From: an uncultured delta proteobacterium
GTDB taxonomy: Bacteria > Desulfobacterota > Desulfobacteria > Desulfobacterales > Desulfatirhabdiaceae
Direction of reading: 5' to 3'
NCBI GenBank assembly: GCA_963789395.1
Contig: CAWBKP010000019.1
Coordinates: forward strand, 32,001 to 96,000
DNA: 64,000 bases
In this document: piece after piece, positions 19,593 to 29,852 of the stretch
How the letters are laid out: the number at the start of each line of letters is the position of its first letter
Position numbering within the stretch: position 1 is the stretch's first letter
Program-made: the position numbers and the translations under genes
Notes under the pieces: generated by a model
Seen by the model: only the letters and a program-made list of their open reading frames with translations
What the model was told of the DNA's origin: nothing
Database searches by the model: none

Positions 19593-20384
19593 TCACCGTC
19601 TGTCCAGTGGGACCCGAAAAAGACGGCAGGTATTGTCCCATAGCGCCTCCGCCAGTTCCTCCGGATCTTCTTGCCGCACTTCGGCCAGTTTGAGAAGAAC
19701 AGATCGGACAAAGGCGGGCTCGTTTCTGCGCGTATGATTTTTTTCAGGTGCCGGCGTCAGGTACGGCGCATCCGTTTCAATCAGGATACGGTTTTGCGGT
19801 ATCCCAGTCGCCAGTTTTCGCAGGTCTGCGCCGCGGCTCTGTATGGTTAAAATGCCGGTGATGCCGATAAAATACCCCAGATCCAGATACTGCGTCAGTT
19901 CCGATCGGGTGCCGCTGAAACAGTGGATGACACCGTTTCCGGGATGCCGGTGGTATTGCTTCAGGAGATCCAGCAGCCGGCCCCTGCTTTCCCTTTCATG
20001 AAAAATGACCGGAAGCCCCCGGTCATCGGCTGCTGTCAGTTGGCGGATCAGCCATTTTTCCTGGATGTCCTGGGGAGAGTACATTCGGTTGAAATCCAGA
20101 CCGATTTCTCCCCATGCCAGCACATTGGGGTGTCCGGCAAGTTTTTCGAGTGTTTCCATGTCGGATTCGCCGGCTTCCGAGGCATCATGGGGATGGAAGC
20201 CCACGGCTGCAAAGATTTCCTGGTGGGCTTCAGACAGTGCCACGGCCTTCAGTGAGGTCTTGAGGTTGATGCCGGCAATCATCATGGCGGATACGCCGGC
20301 GTTTCGGGCGCGCTGCAGGACGGGATCAAAATCCGGGTCATAAACGCTGTCATCCAGATGACAGTGGCTGTCAAACAGTTTCAT
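19593..20384 (-). CDS. tatD: TatD-family nuclease
   Basis: DSHCHL, GFHPH, GEIGLD, VIHCFSG, ETDAPYL. Confidence 0.93.
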   Translation of the reverse strand: MKLFDSHCHLDDSVYDPDFDPVLQRARNAGVSAMMIAGINLKTSLKAVALSEAHQEIFAAVGFHPHDASEAGESDMETLEKLAGHPNVLAWGEIGLDFNRMYSPQDIQEKWLIRQLTAADDRGLPVIFHERESRGRLLDLLKQYHRHPGNGVIHCFSGTRSELTQYLDLGYFIGITGILTIQSRGADLRKLATGIPQNRILIETDAPYLTPAPEKNHTRRNEPAFVRSVLLKLAEVRQEDPEELAEALWDNTCRLFRVPLDRR

Positions 20385-22090
20385 GAAATTCCTTCAAGTT
20401 TTTGCAGGGCCTGGGCGGCGATACGGGTCAGCCGGGGAAATTCCGATTCCCGGAGCTGTGACAGGGATCGGTTCAGCATTTTTAGCGCCGCCGGAATATA
20501 GGAATCAAAGGCTGCCTTGCCCTTGACGCGCGTCAGAAATCCAAATGCGCCCAGGATCTGAAGATTGCGGGTGATGCGGCAATACCGATATGAACTGGCA
20601 AAAGAAACCGGTTCAACGGAAACCCGAGCGGACAGGGTCTGAATGCAAAAATCCAGAATTCTGTCCTGAAGGCTCTGGCTCAGGTCCACATAGGGGTCTA
20701 TCAGCAGAGAGGCCAGATCATACTGCAGCGGGCCGATCCGGCCGCCTTGAAAATCAATGGCGTAGATGCGGCTGTCCTTCACCATGAGGTTCCGGGACTG
20801 AAAATCACGGTGCATGAATCCGTTCATGGACCCGTTTAAAGCCAGTTCTGCCAGGGCGTCGAATTCATCCATCATGTCCGCAAATCGGATATCCAGGTTC
20901 AGGTAGCCATTTAAAAACGCCTCGACAAAATACCGGCATTCTTTTTCTCGTATCAGGGCCGTGTCATAGATCGTCGTCTGGTATGTCCAGGAAGGATCAA
21001 AGCCGCCGCCCCCATCGACTGAAAGCGCAATCAGCAACCGGATCGCAGCCTGATACCAGGTGAATATTTCATCGGTATTGCGCAAACTCTGCACAACAGA
21101 CTGCAGGTGGACACTTCCGAGGTCTTCCACGATGGCCAGTCCGGCAAATGAATCCGCCTGGTAAATTCGGGGAACCGAAATCCCCTTGTCAAATAAATGC
21201 CTGCCGATGGCGACAAAGGCGTCGCACTCGCAGCGAATGTCCTGTCGGCTGTGAATGCCGTGATCCGCGACAACCACAGAATGCCCGCAGGAAAAAACCC
21301 GTGACCAGAGCCTGTCCGATCCGTCCCCGGCAATGCGGGTTGAAGTTGTCGGAAAGATGGGCGCATCGGGGAATGCCTGTTGAAACGCCCGGGGCAACAG
21401 CTGATCCAGGACCGCGGACTGATACTGATGCGGCGTGCCGATATCCTTCCAGTAGCAATTTTCCGGTGTGAATGCCTGGATGGTCAGGCCTTTTTTAATC
21501 AGGGTCCTGTAAAGATCGATGCTGCTGGAAGAAGGGGCTTCTAAGATGTATTCCAGAACGTGCGGATTGATGACCTGAATGCCGGTAAACGTGAGCTTCG
21601 GCAAACCAGAGTCTGAAAACGCAGCATCACCGTCATCAAAGCCGATGACGCACTGGTTGGCGTCCATGGATACCGTATTGATTTGCGGAAAATCGTGAAG
21701 TACCAGCGTGACAGGATGACCGTGATGCTGATGAAAGTCATAAACGGCCTTCAGGTCCATGTCCGTTACAATGTCCCCGTTGATGACCATGAACGGGTCC
21801 GTATCCCAGAAGCCGCGGACATTGTGAATGGCGCCGCCCGTGCCCAGAATCCGGGGCTCGTAAGTGGTCTGAACGGGAATGGCATAGTGCTGCGCTGCCA
21901 GAAACGCCTCGATATCCTGATGCAGGTGATGGGTATTGATCATGATTGCCCGGCATCCGGCATGAATCAGGCTCTGAATGATCCGGTCCAGCAGCGGCTT
22001 TCCGTTAACGGGAAACAGGGGTTTGGGAATGCTGCGGGTGTGCGGCAGCAGACGCGTACCCAGGCCCGCGCATAATATGAGTGCTTTCAT
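20381..22090 (-). CDS. Fusion: sugar-1-phosphate nucleotidyltransferase (MurU-like) + anomeric sugar kinase (AmgK-like phosphotransferase)
   Basis: LCAGLGTRL..PKPL, LGTGG, NGD in the N-half; GDGSDR, HRDFQSRNLM, IDFQGGRIGPLQYDLASLL in the C-half. Confidence 0.85.
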   Translation of the reverse strand: MKALILCAGLGTRLLPHTRSIPKPLFPVNGKPLLDRIIQSLIHAGCRAIMINTHHLHQDIEAFLAAQHYAIPVQTTYEPRILGTGGAIHNVRGFWDTDPFMVINGDIVTDMDLKAVYDFHQHHGHPVTLVLHDFPQINTVSMDANQCVIGFDDGDAAFSDSGLPKLTFTGIQVINPHVLEYILEAPSSSSIDLYRTLIKKGLTIQAFTPENCYWKDIGTPHQYQSAVLDQLLPRAFQQAFPDAPIFPTTSTRIAGDGSDRLWSRVFSCGHSVVVADHGIHSRQDIRCECDAFVAIGRHLFDKGISVPRIYQADSFAGLAIVEDLGSVHLQSVVQSLRNTDEIFTWYQAAIRLLIALSVDGGGGFDPSWTYQTTIYDTALIREKECRYFVEAFLNGYLNLDIRFADMMDEFDALAELALNGSMNGFMHRDFQSRNLMVKDSRIYAIDFQGGRIGPLQYDLASLLIDPYVDLSQSLQDRILDFCIQTLSARVSVEPVSFASSYRYCRITRNLQILGAFGFLTRVKGKAAFDSYIPAALKMLNRSLSQLRESEFPRLTRIAAQALQKLEGIS

Positions 22091-22132
22091 GAAATTAGAG
22101 GACGATGATCACGGGTGATTTTCCCATTGCCT

Positions 22133-24763
22133 TCAGGATGACAGCAACCGCAGGTATTTTTGAATGGCGTCGGCATATAATTCTATCTGCTCTTTATCCT
22201 CAGATCCGGTAACACCGTGGGTGATGAAAAAATCTTCGGCATTTTTGTAATTGATTTTGGACAAGGCCTCCTTATGCGCGATTTCACGGCGTTTGTACAT
22301 CCGATTTCCCCGTGAGAGAATTTTTTTGGCGCGGCCATCGGCATCCACAGTATTTTTGGGGTATCGCATGAAGAAATTCAGAACGACCCAGTAGGATTCA
22401 AAATAAGTTTTGATGAATCTTGCGAAGATTCTCAGTTTTCTGAAACCCACGGACGTGATGTTGTAGGTTTCCGGCAGCATGGGGTGCGGGATGATAATGG
22501 CATCATCAATAAAGGCTTTCAGGGATTTCCGGACATAATAATCAGAAGTTTTGTCAACATCATAGGCAAATTCATTTTTAAAGAAATTCTGCAAAAAAGC
22601 ATAACCGGGCTGGATGTCCGAAGTGGAAAACTGAAAGGCATCCCTGTCCAGAATGGTCAGCGCCGTAAAGACCGCAGGAACAAAGAAAATGATGCAGTTG
22701 TTTTTATAGTATTCCAGAATAGGGCGTTTAGCGACGACAACTTTATACTCGGTTTTGGAAAATGTCTCGCTCTCCTTATCGGAGAACCGCTCAACGAATT
22801 TGCGATTCACATATGCATCCAGTACCTGCTGAATCGCGTGGGCGGGATCCATCATCAGGGTGTCTGCCAGTTTTGCCCCGGTTGCATACAGATAGCTCAT
22901 GTATACTTCAATGTCTTTGAAAAGGTCATCAAAGGCAAATCGCTTCTGGGACAGGTTCAGCAGCGCGCCGGCCGCCAGTGCATGCGGGGTGACGACCGAT
23001 ACGCTGTCGATTGCGTTAATTATCCTGAACCCCAGATTCCGGCAGAGCTCATTGTTCTGTTTGGACGTCATATCCTGAATCGACAGCCCGCTCTGAGCCT
23101 GAAGGTTGTTCAAGGATATGGGCTCATGAAAATTGATGTAGATTCTGCCATATCGTTTTTTCAGGAGTTTTCTGGCCTTTATCACCTGCATGAAGCTTTC
23201 CGGCTTTTTCTGTCCGCCTTCCAGTTCGTGAAGGTATGAGCCTTCTTCCAGTACCCGATCATAGCCGACATAAATGGGAACAAATACCAAATCCTTGCAG
23301 GCGCCCTGTTTGAAGGATTCCAGGAGAATGGACAGGAGCCCCAGTTTCGGCAGGATGAGTTTTCCGGTGCGGCTCCTTCCGCCTTCGATAAAGAATTCAA
23401 CGTTGAAACCATCTTCGAGGAGTTTGAGGATATACTCGGAAAACACTTTTGAATACAGTACCGCACCTTTAAAGGATCTTCGGATAAAAAAAGCGCCGCA
23501 CCCTCTGAACAAAGGGCCAATGGGCCAGAAAGACAGATTTTTTCCCGCGGCGATCAGGGGGCAGGGCATATTGTTCATGTGCATCAGATAGGACAGGATC
23601 AGATAATCAATATGGCTTTTGTGGCAGGGGATAAAAACGAGCGGGCCTTTTAAAGAGGCGGTTTTGACCCGATTCAGTCCTTCGGTATCCAGGGTCACAC
23701 CGTCGAACATGACGCGGATAATCCAGTCAACGATCCTGGCGGCGATGCTGATGATGGAAGGATTATAGCGGGCCGCAATTTCATCCAGATGCTCATCGGC
23801 CTGTTTGTGTATTTTATGGAGGGGAATGCTTTTCACCTGGGCATGATGCTCCATAAAATTTCTCAGACGGTCATGGGTTAAAATGGATTCCTTGAACTCG
23901 TCGGGAGATTTCAATACAGGCCCGATGGTGCTGACCCGGTGCCGGTTGATTTGCAGGAGCAGCTGTTTTCGAAGAAGCCGTGAAAGAATATCAGCGGATT
24001 TTCCCTGATGGCTGTTCTGGTTAAGAAACCACTGCAGATTGAGCGGCTCGGAAACTTCCACAAAGAGTTTTCCGGGGTTCTTGAACAAGGTTATCAGGCG
24101 CCTGATTCTGCCGGGATTGATTTCCGTGCCGAACATCATGTCCAGTAGGCTCGATGTGGATCGATCCGGAAATTTGCTGAAAAACATGACCAGGGGGACA
24201 ATGACAATCGGCTTTTCCATGGCCTGCTGAATTTCAACAAGATGCTGAACCGGATCGGCTTTGGATTTTACAAATCGCTGATAAAATCCATCGTCTTCCA
24301 CCAAGGAGATCAGAGCCGATGTGCCGGTGGTCAGCTTTTCCTGAATATAGCCGGAATCGTACGGACGGGGCAGGGCAAAGTGGCGAAAAAAATAATCCAG
24401 GTGAAATACGACGATGCGAACCAGATGCATCAGGGGTTGCCAGAAAAAAATCCGGTAACCGCATCCGATTTCAGGGAATTTCAAATGTAATTGCTGGAAG
24501 CGGGTGTAATAAAACAGCCATTCAAAATAGCTCTTGTTTTTATGAACATAAACAATCACGGTATCTTCCGGAAACTGTCCGAGGGATTTGATCTGGTCTT
24601 CCTGGAGTTTGATTCCGGAATAAAACAGCTTGAAAAAACCAGTGATGAAAAAACTGATATGCCGGGGAAGGTAACAGGAATAATACTGGCGTTTGCCTTG
24701 GAGTATCCAGTCAATGCAGCGATTATAGCTTGTTTTCAAGGCTGAAAAAGACATGATTTTCAT
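22133..24763 (-). CDS. plsB: Glycerol-3-phosphate O-acyltransferase, PlsB-like
   Basis: PCHKSHIDY (HX4D), GAFFIRRSF, FFIEGGRSRTG, VPIYVGYD. Confidence 0.88.
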   Translation of the reverse strand: MKIMSFSALKTSYNRCIDWILQGKRQYYSCYLPRHISFFITGFFKLFYSGIKLQEDQIKSLGQFPEDTVIVYVHKNKSYFEWLFYYTRFQQLHLKFPEIGCGYRIFFWQPLMHLVRIVVFHLDYFFRHFALPRPYDSGYIQEKLTTGTSALISLVEDDGFYQRFVKSKADPVQHLVEIQQAMEKPIVIVPLVMFFSKFPDRSTSSLLDMMFGTEINPGRIRRLITLFKNPGKLFVEVSEPLNLQWFLNQNSHQGKSADILSRLLRKQLLLQINRHRVSTIGPVLKSPDEFKESILTHDRLRNFMEHHAQVKSIPLHKIHKQADEHLDEIAARYNPSIISIAARIVDWIIRVMFDGVTLDTEGLNRVKTASLKGPLVFIPCHKSHIDYLILSYLMHMNNMPCPLIAAGKNLSFWPIGPLFRGCGAFFIRRSFKGAVLYSKVFSEYILKLLEDGFNVEFFIEGGRSRTGKLILPKLGLLSILLESFKQGACKDLVFVPIYVGYDRVLEEGSYLHELEGGQKKPESFMQVIKARKLLKKRYGRIYINFHEPISLNNLQAQSGLSIQDMTSKQNNELCRNLGFRIINAIDSVSVVTPHALAAGALLNLSQKRFAFDDLFKDIEVYMSYLYATGAKLADTLMMDPAHAIQQVLDAYVNRKFVERFSDKESETFSKTEYKVVVAKRPILEYYKNNCIIFFVPAVFTALTILDRDAFQFSTSDIQPGYAFLQNFFKNEFAYDVDKTSDYYVRKSLKAFIDDAIIIPHPMLPETYNITSVGFRKLRIFARFIKTYFESYWVVLNFFMRYPKNTVDADGRAKKILSRGNRMYKRREIAHKEALSKINYKNAEDFFITHGVTGSEDKEQIELYADAIQKYLRLLSS

Positions 24764-25018
24764 AAGCGCACCCTGCAAATTGAAATTGATATAAAAACGA
24801 CACCAGTAGGGATCAAAATATCAAAGGCGGATTTTCATTGCAATATTTAAAATCCCGCGTATAAATTAAATCTAACGGTTAATGGCAAGAGGCAACAACA
24901 GCGTAACAGCCACAGCTCATAATCCAATTTGCTTCAAATAATTCCGAAAGCATTCAGGCGCGCGAAATCAAGCGATTATCGATGGCTGTACTTTTCAATA
25001 CTTATAAGGAGGTGCTGA

Positions 25019-25213
25019 ATGGAAAAACAAGACGTTGTCAATATCGCAGAAGGGTTGAGGCTCATTGAATTGGGTGTCGAGAAAATTCAGGGCGTGATGC
25101 GGGAAAAGAATATCAAATCGCTCAAGGATATTGCGGCCGAGCTGATCCCTTTTTTCAAGGAAGACGATCATGAGTTGACGGATTCGGTCATCCAGCGGCT
25201 GGAAAAAAAATAA
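25019..25213 (+). CDS. Small acidic hypothetical protein (64 aa)
   Basis: Perfect TAAGGAGGT RBS just upstream of ATG; ORF fills the gap between plsB and the Hdr-like operon. Confidence 0.7.
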   Translation: MEKQDVVNIAEGLRLIELGVEKIQGVMREKNIKSLKDIAAELIPFFKEDDHELTDSVIQRLEKK

Positions 25214-25275
25214 ACATCGGGCAATAGGCAATGGGTCATTTTTTTCATAGCCTATCGCCTATTGCCTATCGCCCG

Positions 25276-26508
25276 TCATATCAGACAGTCCGCCACCAGT
25301 TCCCACAGGTATTTTACAACAAGATGTTCCATGCCATATTCGGCTTTGATGGCATTCAGCTGACCGTGGCAGCTGTGGCACGGCACAACCACCATGGATG
25401 CGCCGGTTGCCTGAATCTGCTCCATTTTTTTTCTGCCGTAAAAAATCCGTTCGGTATTGTAGCCGGTCGTCAGCGTTCCGCCGCCCCCGCCGCAGCAGTA
25501 CTGGCTGTCCCGGGTGGGGTACATGTCCACCCAGTTTTCCATGCACTGGCTCAGGATCCACCGGGGCTCATCATAGAATCCGTATCCGAAAATCCGCTCA
25601 GCCTTCCTGCCGTAATTGCAGGGATCGTGATAGGTGGCCAGCACGCCGCTGAACCGGGATTTATCCAGGCGGATTCTTCCCTCCTGTATGTAGTTCTTTA
25701 GCAGTTCAAATACCGTAAAGGTGCCAAAGGATTTCAAAGCTTCGGGATACCATTTTTCAAGACCAGACCTGGTCGCAAGATAGGCATGCCCTCATTCCGG
25801 CCACAGGAGATTTTTGGCCTTCAGCCTGGCCATGTTTTCCGCAATCCGGCCGGCCATGACTTTCATGGCCGGATCATCTCCTGTGAACATGCCCCAGTTG
25901 GTGCCTTCCCAGTTTTCGGAAGGGATGGTCCAGTCCTCGCCTGCTGCATAAAATATTTTCCACCAGTGCTTGAGATCTTCGGTATGGGTATTGACCAGTT
26001 TATTGTGAATGGTGGTCAGGATATTGGCGCCTTCCTTGTCAACGGAGACGGTAAACCCTTCGAAGCCGGGTTCCTGGGCGATTTCTTCGGCCACATCTTC
26101 AAGGATGAAGACAAAGTCTTCTTTGGGAAGGCCCAGGTTGTTGCCGGTTTTAAGAGCTGCTTCCAGGCCTTTGTGAAGAATTCCCGGCACCTTGTCCCGG
26201 TCTCTGAGGGAGCGGATTCCCCGCATCAGATCCGGAATGTGAATGCCCATGGGACAGACATGTTCGCATTTCCCGCACATCGTACAGATCCAGGGCCATC
26301 TGGATTCAACCAGTTCATTTTGCAGACCCAGCGAAACCATGCGTATGATTTTTCGGGGATCAAACCCGTCTATTCCCGAAACCGGGCAGGTCCCGGAGCA
26401 TATGGCGCAGGTCAGACAATGATCCTGATCAAACGGCCAGTTCTTGAACAGATCTTGATTCAGGCAATTCATGGAAATGGGTGCAGTCGTCGTCATAATA
26501 AGATCCAA
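25276..26508 (-). CDS. HdrD/HmcF-like (Fe-S)-binding CCG-domain oxidoreductase; selenoprotein (UGA at 25794-25792)
   Basis: Two 4Fe-4S motifs (CLTCAICSGTCP, CTMCGKCEHVCP); reads WPE-TGA-GHAY in frame into YHDPCNYGR, CCGGGGG, PCHSC; the two ORF-track pieces share a frame with only this TGA between them. Confidence 0.88.
25761..25774 (-). promoter_or_regulatory. Putative bacterial SECIS element
   Basis: GACCAGGTCTGGTC hairpin beginning 18 nt after the UGA; apical CAGGUCUG matches the E. coli fdhF SECIS tip as I recall it. Confidence 0.75.
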
Positions 26509-26545
26509 TATGAATGAAAGGGGTCAACAATGTTCCGTTCAGGCG

Positions 26546-28126
26546 TTATTTAGCGGTTTGCAAGACTCCGGCTTCCGCGATCTCTTTTTCGAACTGATTG
26601 GCGGTTTCGGCAAATTCCGCGGCCATGTTCGCGGCCAGGGTTTTTAAAAGCAGTCTGTTCGGGTCAATGCCGATTTGTTTGAGCATGTTCTTCAGATGCG
26701 CCGTGCGCCGTGCAGCCAGAACATTTCCCCGCTCCGAATGGCAGTTGCCTTCATGACAGGTAAGCACCAGAACACCGTCTGCCCGATGCCGAAAGGCGGC
26801 CAGGAGATATTCCGCGGAAATGCAGCCTGAGCAGGGCACTTCTATGACGGAAAGCCTTTTGGGAAGTTTCAGTCCCGCAAGGGTGGCCATTTCTTTGGCG
26901 CGGCCTGCGGACCGGCTGCAGCAGAAGGCAACCAGAAATGGGGACAAGGAAGCGGTATCGTGGGAAGCCGGCTGAAGACGATCCGAAACCGTCTGGATGT
27001 CCAGATCGTCAATGCGGATGGCTTTTGCAGGGCATTCCGCTGCGCACATGCCGCAGCGTTCGCAGGCGTCCGCTATCACAACCGGCCGGGTGTTAAGCGT
27101 AATGGCGTGATAGGGGCAAAGCCTGAAACAGGTCAGGCATCGGACGCAGGCGCCGGCATTGATTTCCGCCTTGTTGCCGGGGGGTGTCAGCGCTTCTTTT
27201 GCCTGCGAAAGCAGGGTGATGACGGTTTCCTGAATTTCGGCCTGTTGGGCTGAAGGCGACAGTATCCCCCGTGATGCACCGGCGGCCAGAATGCCCTTTC
27301 GGTTGGTGAATACGCTTAGCCGGTGGACATTATCCGACTGGATGTATCCGGCCGAATCCGTGTCCAGGCAGAAAACTGTGGCCAGTTCCTTCAGGTAGGG
27401 CGACGGGGAAATCGCTTCGTCCACTACCGTTAAGTCCGCTTCAATGGTGAACGGCAATCGGGTGATATCATCCATGAACGCGATGCTCACCTTTCCCGCC
27501 GCATCCTGTTGAAAGGTCGGAAGCGTATCCGTAAACTTGACAAAACCAACGCCGGCATCCCGTGTTTTTCGGTACAACGCTTCCATACCCGATGCCCCGA
27601 CCTTGAGATTCCGGGTAAGAATGATGGTTTTCATTCCCCTCTTTGTCTGAAGCTGCAAGACAGGACTCCATGGCGGTCTCAAGCACATGCGGACAACTTT
27701 CCTTTGCAAGACCGACGACAAAAACAGCCGTATTTCCCTACAACAGGTGCGGATCCGGTGCGCCGGAGGCAAATCAAGTCGTTTGCGGATTTCGGAAAGA
27801 GATACGACTGCCGGGCAGGGGCTCAGGCCGTAAAGGGAGAAAAGGGGGCTTTGAATGCCGTCCTCTGCGATGACGATATTTGCAAAGGTCAGGGCGGTGC
27901 TGCCGTGCGGTCGCGAGAGGACGACTTGAAAATTTCCCGCAGTACCTGTGCAGTGGTGTACGCGCGTTTCCGTAGAAACGTCAAACAGAGGGGCTGGATC
28001 ATTCATCACCGCAGCAGCCGATGCGTCCGGGGTCGCCAGCATAACCGGGCTGTTTTCGGACACCAGCGCTTTTGCAATTCCCAAGGCAACCGGCCCGTTT
28101 CCAAGAAGAAGCGTTCGTTCGTTCAA
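26546..28126 (-). CDS. HdrA/QmoB-like protein fused to 2x[4Fe-4S] ferredoxin and MvhD (hydrogenase delta) domains
   Basis: CVRCLTCFRLCP, CERCGMCAAECP; AFCC, VPCSG, ADGVLVLTCHEGNCH MvhD motifs; compensating indels near 27650-27770. Confidence 0.82.
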   Translation of the reverse strand: MNERTLLLGNGPVALGIAKALVSENSPVMLATPDASAAAVMNDPAPLFDVSTETRVHHCTGTAGNFQVVLSRPHGSTALTFANIVIAEDGIQSPLFSLYGLSPCPAVVSLSEIRKRLDLPPAHRIRTCCREIRLFLSSVLQRKVVRMCLRPPWSPVLQLQTKRGMKTIILTRNLKVGASGMEALYRKTRDAGVGFVKFTDTLPTFQQDAAGKVSIAFMDDITRLPFTIEADLTVVDEAISPSPYLKELATVFCLDTDSAGYIQSDNVHRLSVFTNRKGILAAGASRGILSPSAQQAEIQETVITLLSQAKEALTPPGNKAEINAGACVRCLTCFRLCPYHAITLNTRPVVIADACERCGMCAAECPAKAIRIDDLDIQTVSDRLQPASHDTASLSPFLVAFCCSRSAGRAKEMATLAGLKLPKRLSVIEVPCSGCISAEYLLAAFRHRADGVLVLTCHEGNCHSERGNVLAARRTAHLKNMLKQIGIDPNRLLLKTLAANMAAEFAETANQFEKEIAEAGVLQTAK

Positions 28127-28134
28127 ATATTCAC

Positions 28135-29174
28135 CTATATCCGTGAGGCGGTTTTCAGATAGAGAAAGATATCGCTGGCGGCTTTTCCGGCGCTGAGGAC
28201 CGATTCCGCGATGCTCATGGGCTCAAGGGCGGCCCTGCGGCAAATACGCCTTCCGGAAGCAAAACGGCTTCTTTCCGGGCATATCCTGAGCCATCCATAT
28301 CGATGTTCAGCATGGCAGCCAGATTCCGGGTGGATTCGGAAGGCATCAGACCGATGGAAAGGATTACCATATCAAAGACGGCTTCCTGATAAGCCTGCGT
28401 GTCCGGATCAAAATATGACAGCTTCAGCCGGTCATCCGCCGTCTTCAGCACGTCGGCCGGGATGGCCCGTATCATGTGAACCTGCTGCTGCGTATCGGCA
28501 TAATAGGTTTGAAAATTCTTTCCGAAATTCTGGACATCGATATAAAAAAAAGTGGCTTCCATTCCCGGCTGCCTGTTCTGAAGGCATCTTGCCATGCGAA
28601 GGGCCGCGCCGCAGCATATTTTTGAGCACCACAGATGATTCAGGCTGGAGTCTCTGCTTCCCACGCACTGGATAAAAGCCATGTTCCGGGGGGATTTTGC
28701 ATCGGACGGCCGTTTGACCATACCGCTTAGGCGCAGCATCCTGTCCAGTTCCAGGGATGTCAGCACGTTTTCGAACCGCCCGTATCCATAGGGTTTTTTT
28801 GCCGGATGAAAGGGGGCGAATCCGGAAGCCATCAGGATGGCATCCACCTCAATGCGATCTATCTGCCGGTCGTGCTTCAGGGTGACCTCAAAACGTTTTT
28901 GCCGGTCGATCTGATCGATACTGGTATTCAACTTCACCCGGATGTTGTCATCGCTGCTTGCCTGCCGGATTTTTTCTTCCACCATGCAGGCGCCGCAGGC
29001 AACACAGTGGTCTGTTGCCTTGCAGGACAGCTGGGCAGCGTGACCGCCCAGAGAGGCCGAATTTTCAACCAGTGTAACGGATGTGCCCAGTCTCGCCAGA
29101 TCAACGGCGGCACTAAGTCCGGAAATGCCGCCGCCGACCACCATAACCTGTTTATTGGATGAATTCACTTTCAA
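28135..29174 (-). CDS. HdrA/QmoA-like FAD/Fe-S oxidoreductase (frameshift near 28235)
   Basis: VVGGGISG, YGYGRFENV, FIQCVGSRD, WCSKICC; C-terminus GVFAAG-AALEPMSIAESV continues in a shifted frame to a TAG at 28137-28135. Confidence 0.85.
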
Positions 29175-29179
29175 TCTCC

Positions 29180-29683
29180 TCAGGCTGACGGCGGCAGAAT
29201 TTCTTGAAGTTCCTGCTGAATGTAAGCAGCCAGTGCTTCCGTATTTGCTTTGGAAATGGTGCCGATGCCGTTGGAGAGCTCCAGAACGTCATCTTCTTCC
29301 ATATCGGTTGTTTTATTGATCAGGAAAGCATCCACTTCTCCATCTTCCATGAGCAGTCCGCAGGCACCGACAGCGCCCACGAATTCGTCCCCGACAAATA
29401 TGGGAACTACAAGTTTGATCAAGCCGGCGTCGCATTCCTCGATTGCCGGCATGCGGGTTTGCATGGCCTGTACGGCAATGTTCATGTGGGCGACTGCGCA
29501 GATATAACTCTGGCCCTTGTCGATGGCCTTGACTGCCGGGCAGAGTCGGTTTACCCATTGCTTGTATTCCGTGATGCGGATGCCATCCGTATTGAAAACA
29601 TTGGCATCCATTCCGGATTTTTCATGAATACGCTTTTCAAACGCCGTCCATTTTTCGATGGGGGCAATATCGGTCAGCTTCAT
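29180..29683 (-). CDS. Stand-alone PocR ligand-binding domain protein
   Basis: NRLCPAVK..SYICAVAH, ECDAGLIKLVVPIFVGDEFVG pattern of PocR sensor domains; GGAG RBS before MKLTDI. Confidence 0.75.
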   Translation of the reverse strand: MKLTDIAPIEKWTAFEKRIHEKSGMDANVFNTDGIRITEYKQWVNRLCPAVKAIDKGQSYICAVAHMNIAVQAMQTRMPAIEECDAGLIKLVVPIFVGDEFVGAVGACGLLMEDGEVDAFLINKTTDMEEDDVLELSNGIGTISKANTEALAAYIQQELQEILPPSA

Positions 29684-29852
29684 ATCGAGTCTCCGCCTTT
29701 TAAAATCACGATTATTTTTGAAAGCTATAGAAAAATGAATGCCGCCTGTCAATAAAAACCTGCCTTTACAAACGGCTATTTCAGTGTTAGATTTCAAACA
29801 ATTGAAAAACTTATTTCAGAAAGTTAACCGTCTGACACTGCAGGAGCCGAAA

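Noticed and set aside
28215..28217. TGA ending the HdrA-like ORF as a second selenocysteine
   Set aside because: In-frame readthrough gives no HdrA-like sequence, whereas a 1-nt shift near 28235 restores AG-AALEPMSIAESV; it is an indel
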